DNA of 42,403 nt, taken from Candidatus Peregrinibacteria bacterium. Lineage in GTDB: Bacteria > Patescibacteriota > Gracilibacteria > UBA1369 > UM-FILTER-53-11. Location: the NCBI GenBank assembly GCA_023245725.1, contig JAHFJU010000005.1, positions 1 to 42,403 on the forward strand, given 5' to 3'. Positions within the stretch are counted from its first letter, which is position 1. The number at the start of each line of letters is the position of its first letter. Made by a program: the position numbers and the translations under genes. The notes under the pieces are model-generated. The model saw nothing but the letters and a program-made list of their open reading frames with translations, made no database searches and had not been told where the DNA came from. Below are positions 37,239-42,403 of this stretch, in pieces.

Positions 37239-38960
37239 ATGCAAACTGCCAACTGCACCTTAACTGGCCAGCCATTCTATATTCCTGACCTCGAGATACA
37301 ACACTGCGAGCGACTGGGAATTCCGCTACCAACGACCTCGCCACTTGAGCGCATGCGCACGCTAATGGCATTTCGCAATGAGTGGAAGCTCTACAAACGA
37401 AAGTGCGACGCTACCGGAGTAGACATTATTAGCGCCTACCCGCCCGACAGTCCGTTTACGATTTACAACAATGCGTACTGGTGGAGCGATACATGGGACG
37501 CTACTGACTACGGCATGGACTTCGATTTTTCCCGAGGATTTTTTGAGCAATATAAAGAGCTACAGTTGAAAGTTCCGCGCGAGGGTACGACGATTTTCAA
37601 TAGCGAAAACTGTGACTACAACAGCCATATTCGTCAGTCAAAAAACTGCTACTTAAACTCGCTAGTTGCAAAATGCGAAGACACTCACTACTCATACTGG
37701 GTAGTCGGAGACAAAGACGTGTACGACTCAATGTACACGAACAACTCAACTCTCTGTTATTTTTGCAGCGACGTAGAAAAAGCCTACGAGTGCGTTATGT
37801 TGAGTGAGTCGAGCAATTGCAATAATTGTTACTATTCATACCAGCTAAAGGGCTGCCAGAACTGCTTATTCTGCGATAACCTTTCAAATAAATCCTATTA
37901 TATTTTTAATAAACCGGTGTCGAAAGAGGAGTTTGAGGCGACAAAAAAACGCGTACTGAATGGCTCTTACGAAACGTGGAAGCAAAATATTGAGGAGTTC
38001 AAAAAACTGCGACAAAAAACAGTACACCAAAATATTCACAGCTTTAATACCGAAAACTCAACCGGCGATCACCTATATAACTCACGCAACTGCGACTACT
38101 GTTTCGATGCGCATGAATCCGAAGACTGCTACAACTGCATTTCACTCGACCACTCAAAAGACATTGTAAATTCATACTCAGCCGGATGGCCTGCGTGCGA
38201 GTTGGTGTACATGTGTAATGTGTCTCGTGGATCAACAAATATCGCTTTCTGTACATACACATGGTTCAGCCAAAATTTGATGTACTGCGACAGCATGAAT
38301 AGCTGCAGTGACTGCTTCGGCTGTATTGGACTCCGCAGAAAAAAATACTGTATTTTAAATAAACAATATACGAAAGAGGAGTACGAGAAAATTCTGCCAA
38401 AGATTATCGAACATATGAGAACAGCAGCAAGTGACGTTGAAGGCCGAGCAGCAGGGAGTGCCGGCGAAAGCAAAAATACAGCCTCACCTCCATGTGCCGA
38501 GTGGGGACAGTTTTTCCCAAAAGAGATTTCGCCTTTTGATTACAACGAAACGCCTGCACAAAACTTTTTTGCACTCACCGAAGCGATGGCACTAGACCGT
38601 GGATGGCGCTGGAGAAAAGAAGACCCACGAGAGTATAGAGTCTCAAGCATAGAAGCCATTCCTGACTCAATCGCACACGTAACCGACTCCATAACAAAAG
38701 AAATTTTGGCCTGTGAAATTTGTGGTAAAAACTACAAAATTACTGCTCAAGAATTAAAGTTTTATCGCTCAACGAACCTGCCAATTCCGCGCCATTGCCC
38801 AACATGTCGACACGAACAAAAAATGGTAATGCGAACCTTGCCTTTCTTATGGCAACGAAACTGCTCAATGTGCAGCAAAGAAATCTACTCGAGCTTTGAC
38901 CCAAACCGCGAAGAAAAAACATACTGCCAAGAGTGCTACAGGCAGGAGTTTTTGGCATAG
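37239..38960 (+). CDS. Cys-rich repeat protein of unknown function with zinc-ribbon termini
   Basis: Many NSENCDY/SKNCY/CxxC-type repeats, DCFGCIGL, WGQFFP, C-terminal CxxC pairs; ATG 37239 lies 6 nt after TGCTATAAT. Confidence 0.85.
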   Translation: MQTANCTLTGQPFYIPDLEIQHCERLGIPLPTTSPLERMRTLMAFRNEWKLYKRKCDATGVDIISAYPPDSPFTIYNNAYWWSDTWDATDYGMDFDFSRGFFEQYKELQLKVPREGTTIFNSENCDYNSHIRQSKNCYLNSLVAKCEDTHYSYWVVGDKDVYDSMYTNNSTLCYFCSDVEKAYECVMLSESSNCNNCYYSYQLKGCQNCLFCDNLSNKSYYIFNKPVSKEEFEATKKRVLNGSYETWKQNIEEFKKLRQKTVHQNIHSFNTENSTGDHLYNSRNCDYCFDAHESEDCYNCISLDHSKDIVNSYSAGWPACELVYMCNVSRGSTNIAFCTYTWFSQNLMYCDSMNSCSDCFGCIGLRRKKYCILNKQYTKEEYEKILPKIIEHMRTAASDVEGRAAGSAGESKNTASPPCAEWGQFFPKEISPFDYNETPAQNFFALTEAMALDRGWRWRKEDPREYRVSSIEAIPDSIAHVTDSITKEILACEICGKNYKITAQELKFYRSTNLPIPRHCPTCRHEQKMVMRTLPFLWQRNCSMCSKEIYSSFDPNREEKTYCQECYRQEFLA

Positions 38961-39010
38961 TTATGCGAGCGCTCAAACTCCTCGAAAGGTAGAGTCGCGA
39001 ACAAATAACT
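38959..39010. other. Intergenic imperfect stem-loop between convergent genes
   Basis: AGTTAT/ATAACT, GCG/CGC flanked by opposed GA/GA, ACTC/GAGT, CT-CGAA-AG. Confidence 0.55.
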
Positions 39011-39036
39011 TCTTTGAATGCTATTTAATATTACTA

Positions 39037-39627
39037 TCAAATATCTCTAATCTCACCACTGTCAAAAAATGAATTGCGATCGTTTCCTTCCTTTTTATAA
39101 TCAGTTGCGCTCCCACTATAGCTACCGTCTGGGTTAATACTAATAGAAACTTTTTTCGCGTACTCGCTTGGATTCTCATTATTTGGGTATTGTATATTTA
39201 CTAATAATCCATCGCCTTCATTGGCAATTGATGTTTGACTATTAGTCAAATCAAACTCTAAACCAAGTTTCTTCAAAAGGTCACCAGTAACCTTAGTCAT
39301 CTTATTATTTACAACTTCAGCATTTGATATTTCTTTCCCTGTAGGTGGATTCTGCCCCTTATCCAATAATACAACATTCCTAATAGCATTCATTTCTCTA
39401 AGTCTTGCAATAAGTTGTTGAGTATCGTTTTTCTCATTAACATTCAAAGCTTTATTAACTCCTTCATTCGCGGCTTTTTTATAAGAGTCTGCATTAATTG
39501 GAGCATGTGCATTTGAATCTGATTCATTCGGCGACGCAGCCACTTTCGATGTTTCCACATTCTTAAAAACGAAACGGCAGTTATTAGAAGAAAATCCAAT
39601 AGTGTTGAAACAATTTAATATTTTCAT
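39037..39627 (-). CDS. Hypothetical protein
   Basis: 196-aa AT-rich ORF ending TGA-TAG-TAA, with a promoter upstream. Confidence 0.7.
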   Translation of the reverse strand: MKILNCFNTIGFSSNNCRFVFKNVETSKVAASPNESDSNAHAPINADSYKKAANEGVNKALNVNEKNDTQQLIARLREMNAIRNVVLLDKGQNPPTGKEISNAEVVNNKMTKVTGDLLKKLGLEFDLTNSQTSIANEGDGLLVNIQYPNNENPSEYAKKVSISINPDGSYSGSATDYKKEGNDRNSFFDSGEIRDI

Positions 39628-39657
39628 ATTTATTTTTATTTAATAATTATTACTAAT

Positions 39658-39686
39658 ATCATAACACAATACCCCCCCCTCGTAAA
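39658..39686 (-). promoter_or_regulatory. Promoter with a G8 tract in the spacer
   Basis: Minus strand TTTACG, 17-nt spacer containing G8, TATGAT preceded by TGT. Confidence 0.5.
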
Positions 39687-39828
39687 GGTCGCTCCATCTA
39701 TGTATTTCACGCATTACTCATGCAAATATTCGTGCTACACATCGTCACACTCCAAAATTAGGCAGACTATAAAATAGTACAACACAACTGCCGTTACAGA
39801 ATAAGCGTCTTGCGTTATACTCCTTGCA

Positions 39829-41223
39829 ATGGCATTTGAATTTAAATTACCGGACGTAGGCGAAGGAATTCACGAAGGCGAAATTGTGCGTTGGCGTGTA
39901 AAACTTGGCGAAACCATTAAAGAAGATCAACCAATTATTGAGGTTGAAACAGCAAAAGCGATTGTTGAGTTGCCGTCACCAAAGGCCGGAGTTATTTTGA
40001 AGATGAATGGCGCAGAAGGGGAGACAATTCACGTTGGAGATGTGCTTGTGGTTATTGGCGCTGAGGGTGAAAAAATAGAGGAGGCGAAGACAGTTGAGGA
40101 TCAAGCGCGAGCGCAAGGCTGCCGCTCAGGTGGCACGCCGATTCTAAAGCAAGGAGGCGCGAGCGCGAATCAAAATAGTAGCGGAGATATGCCGATTGCG
40201 GACACAGATACTCCTAATAAAAGCTCGAAAGATCAAGGAGTTGTAGGTCAAATTCCAGCAGAGATTGGCGGTTTTATACTTCCAAGCCGTACTGCCGAAG
40301 CGATACACTCAATAGGACGCGCACCAAAAATTATGCCAAGGATTCGTATGTTGGCAGGAAATTTGGGCGTTGATATCGGCTCAATTCAAGGCACGGGAAA
40401 CGGCGGAGAGATTACCGAAAACGATGTACGTGCTCTAGCAACTAAAGTTGGAAGTGCGCAAAAATTACAGAGCACGAAAAACAATGTATTTTCTGCAACC
40501 ACAAACCCTACAAAACAGCTTCCAAAACAAAACTTTGAAAAGTTTGGCACAGTAGAACGCACACAATTAAAAGGTATGCGCAAAGCGATTGCCGAGCACA
40601 TGGTACTTTCGATGAGCATGATTCCAAGCGTTACTCACTGCGACGAATTCGATGCATCGAATCTTGTCAAAAAACGCACATCACAAAAACCTGACGCCGA
40701 AAAAGCCGGTGTTAAATTAACTTATCTTGCATACATAGTTCAGGCGGTCGTTGCGGCACTTAAAGAATTCCCGGAGTTCAATGCCTCAATCGACGACTCT
40801 ACTAACGAAGTAGTGTACAAAAACTACATGAACATCGGCATCGCCGTAGACACCCATGAAGGATTAATGGTTCCCGTTATTAAGTCTGCAAGCCAAAAAG
40901 ACCTATTTGCAATAGCTGGCGAAATTGTTGAGCTCGCCGAAAAAGCACGCACACGAAAAGTAACTCCAACCGACATAGAAGGCGGAACATTCACAATCAC
41001 AAACATCGGTTCAATCGGCGGCACCGAAGCGACTCCTATTATTGCCTATGGCCAATCTGCAATTTTGGGAGTAATGAAACTCGCCGACAAGCCCGTTGCA
41101 ATAGCCGGCAAAGTCGAAGTTCGACCTGTCATGTCTCTCTGCCTTTCATACGACCACCGACTCCTCGATGGCGCACAAGCCGCCCGATTTATGAATGCAG
41201 TAATTGCAGAGTTGCAGATCTAA
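39829..41223 (+). CDS. pdhC: Dihydrolipoamide acyltransferase (E2)
   Basis: Lipoyl domain LPDVGEG..ETAKA, E3-binding GTGNGGEIT, catalytic DHRLLDG. Confidence 0.94.
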   Translation: MAFEFKLPDVGEGIHEGEIVRWRVKLGETIKEDQPIIEVETAKAIVELPSPKAGVILKMNGAEGETIHVGDVLVVIGAEGEKIEEAKTVEDQARAQGCRSGGTPILKQGGASANQNSSGDMPIADTDTPNKSSKDQGVVGQIPAEIGGFILPSRTAEAIHSIGRAPKIMPRIRMLAGNLGVDIGSIQGTGNGGEITENDVRALATKVGSAQKLQSTKNNVFSATTNPTKQLPKQNFEKFGTVERTQLKGMRKAIAEHMVLSMSMIPSVTHCDEFDASNLVKKRTSQKPDAEKAGVKLTYLAYIVQAVVAALKEFPEFNASIDDSTNEVVYKNYMNIGIAVDTHEGLMVPVIKSASQKDLFAIAGEIVELAEKARTRKVTPTDIEGGTFTITNIGSIGGTEATPIIAYGQSAILGVMKLADKPVAIAGKVEVRPVMSLCLSYDHRLLDGAQAARFMNAVIAELQI

Positions 41224-41227
41224 ATAC

Positions 41228-41575
41228 CTAAAATTCAAGACCGGAAATTTGAGAAAGTTTTTGTATCTCTGTCTTAAGTAGGGGCAAATCATCTTTAAGA
41301 GTAACCCATACCACATCTAAATCTACCGTAAAATAATCATGGACGAGTATATTTCTCATGCCTATAAGTTGAGACCATGCAATTTGAGGACTTTTATCTT
41401 TTACTCCCTGATCTATCCTCCTTGCGGCTTCGCCAACAATCTGAAGTTCTCGTATTACTGCATCTTGAACTAAATCCGAACTATAGAAAGATTTTTCATC
41501 TAGTTGAGAAATGTACTTCTCTATCTTTTCTATTGCCTCAATAATATGAATGAGATACACAGAGTTATTCTTCAT
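41228..41575 (-). CDS. HEPN (DUF86/HepT-like) RNase toxin
   Basis: IVGEAA, GMRNILVHDY (RX4H followed by Tyr). Confidence 0.92.
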   Translation of the reverse strand: MKNNSVYLIHIIEAIEKIEKYISQLDEKSFYSSDLVQDAVIRELQIVGEAARRIDQGVKDKSPQIAWSQLIGMRNILVHDYFTVDLDVVWVTLKDDLPLLKTEIQKLSQISGLEF

Positions 41576-41861
41576 AGAGCGTGATTAAATCCTTCTCAAT
41601 ATAGGGCTTAATTTTATAATTAATAGATTTTTGAGTCTGTAGATCTACAGTAGCTTGAAAAATTTTTGACAGTTCTTCTTGCATGCCAACAAACGCGAAC
41701 ATACCAACTGGTTTATTAAATTTTATCATCACATCTACGTCACTATCTTCACGTGCATCACCTCGTGCCTCAGAACCAAAGAGCCCAACATATTTAAGAT
41801 TATTTGCACGGGCAAAATTCGCAATCAAAGGAATAAATTTTTCTATATTTACTCTTCTCAT
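41565..41861 (-). CDS. Minimal nucleotidyltransferase (MntA-like) antitoxin
   Basis: LFGSEARGDAREDSDVD, VDL; ATG 41861 lies 9 nt after TGGTATAAT. Confidence 0.92.
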   Translation of the reverse strand: MRRVNIEKFIPLIANFARANNLKYVGLFGSEARGDAREDSDVDVMIKFNKPVGMFAFVGMQEELSKIFQATVDLQTQKSINYKIKPYIEKDLITLYEE

Positions 41862-41888
41862 AATAAAAACATTATACCACAAATTGGC

Positions 41889-42107
41889 TCATTCAACCTC
41901 AAACTGCTTCATTCTCGACGTAACGCCGCTCACCAATCTCACGTTCGACTTTGCCGTATCAAAATATCCTGCAAGCTCTTCTATAACGGCTTCGTTCGCC
42001 TTCCCATCTTCAGGCGGAACCGTAACCGAAACCTCGTAATGATTCGCGTCTATGCTCACAGTTTTCACAGCATGAGCCTTTGGTTTTACCTTAACAAAAA
42101 TCCTCAT
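41889..42107 (-). CDS. DUF167 / YggU-family protein
   Basis: VKVKPKA, PPEDGKANEAVIEELA, GVTSRMK. Confidence 0.9.
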   Translation of the reverse strand: MRIFVKVKPKAHAVKTVSIDANHYEVSVTVPPEDGKANEAVIEELAGYFDTAKSNVRLVSGVTSRMKQFEVE

Positions 42108-42117
42108 ATAAAAATAA

Positions 42118-42403
42118 TTAACGAATATCGCGGTGATTCAAAGTACGGGGCTGATGAGTAAAAACAACGCTCACATAATTCAAAATATAAATAAGCGCAC
42201 TCATAATTGCTCCATCTTTTGAAAGCCTTCGCGCAGAAGAATACATATAAAAATTCATACTGAATTTAACGTTCCCAACTTCATAAAGCCTCCGTGCAAA
42301 ATCTGCATCATCTCCATAAAAAGAGATTCCAGGATCAAACCCACCACTTAACTCAAGAGCATCTTTACGCGCTATACAATTGCCACCAATAGCCAAATAT
42401 CCA
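42118..42403 (-). CDS. Family 2 glycosyltransferase, C-terminal part (5'-truncated by the window edge)
   Basis: GGN, GGFD, FYGDDAD, SSARRL. Confidence 0.8.
   Translation of the reverse strand, partial: GYLAIGGNCIARKDALELSGGFDPGISFYGDDADFARRLYEVGNVKFSMNFYMYSSARRLSKDGAIMSALIYILNYVSVVFTHQPRTLNHRDIR

Noticed and set aside
38436..38471. Hammerhead-like pattern TTGAAG-stem-GAAA in the Cys-rich gene insert
   Set aside because: The core should be CUGANGA; C3 and A9 are missing and I could not build stems I and III.
2245..41882. Longest-ORF starts for pdxS, the Nramp gene, pdxT, folE, ispG, rplT, trxB, AbiEii, the Cys-rich gene and MNT
   Set aside because: They overlap upstream genes or promoter boxes; downstream starts fit family N-termini better.
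77..42161. Many antisense or shadow ORFs in the ORF track (e.g. 77-523, 1580-2020, 2835-3302, 4213-4797, 41679-42161)
   Set aside because: They lie opposite well-supported genes and show no family motifs.
1..42403. Alternative genetic code (TGA=Gly, as in Gracilibacteria/Absconditabacteria); two TGA stops (20691, 39037) are backed by TAA/TAG
   Set aside because: Conserved genes are full length in code 11 with no internal TGA, and TGA is used alone as a stop in dxr (ATGA overlap) and the DUF167 gene.
1..42403. CRISPR array, tRNA/rRNA genes, integrase or transposase
   Set aside because: No regularly spaced repeats, no cloverleaf or rRNA-like sequence and no recombinase motifs seen; intergenic spaces are short.

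Overview
Bacterial chromosomal window in the standard genetic code. Gene style suggests a Patescibacteria/CPR genome, probably Peregrinibacteria-like (inference only; no rRNA here). It carries carB (5'-truncated), a separated pdxS/pdxT pair, a soluble MgtE-N/CBS gene with an Nramp-like transporter, folE, recR, a divergent MEP operon (ispG-dxr-ispDF-ispE), infC-rpmI-rplT, a PPIase, murF, holB, VanW, trxB, rny, iscS, lipA and pyruvate dehydrogenase E1a/E1b/E2 genes. The PDH genes are interleaved with accessory genes: a CARDB protein, AbiEi/AbiEii, a Cys-rich protein, orphans, and a HEPN/MNT pair just beyond pdhC. Two window-wide patterns stand out. (1) Several housekeeping enzymes (PdxS, PdxT, IspE twice, Dxr, IscS, CarB, the Cys-rich protein, possibly the PdhC linker) carry in-frame insertions whose DNA folds into stem-loops on the mRNA strand. 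The closing stems roughly match the insertion boundaries, and the inserts share no obvious primary sequence. (2) Many genes have a -10 box 5-9 nt before the start codon and no Shine-Dalgarno, suggesting leaderless expression; this includes a palindromic bidirectional promoter and a 4-codon ORF in frame with a non-AUG infC. All folding and alignments were done by eye against remembered family consensus and need computational confirmation.
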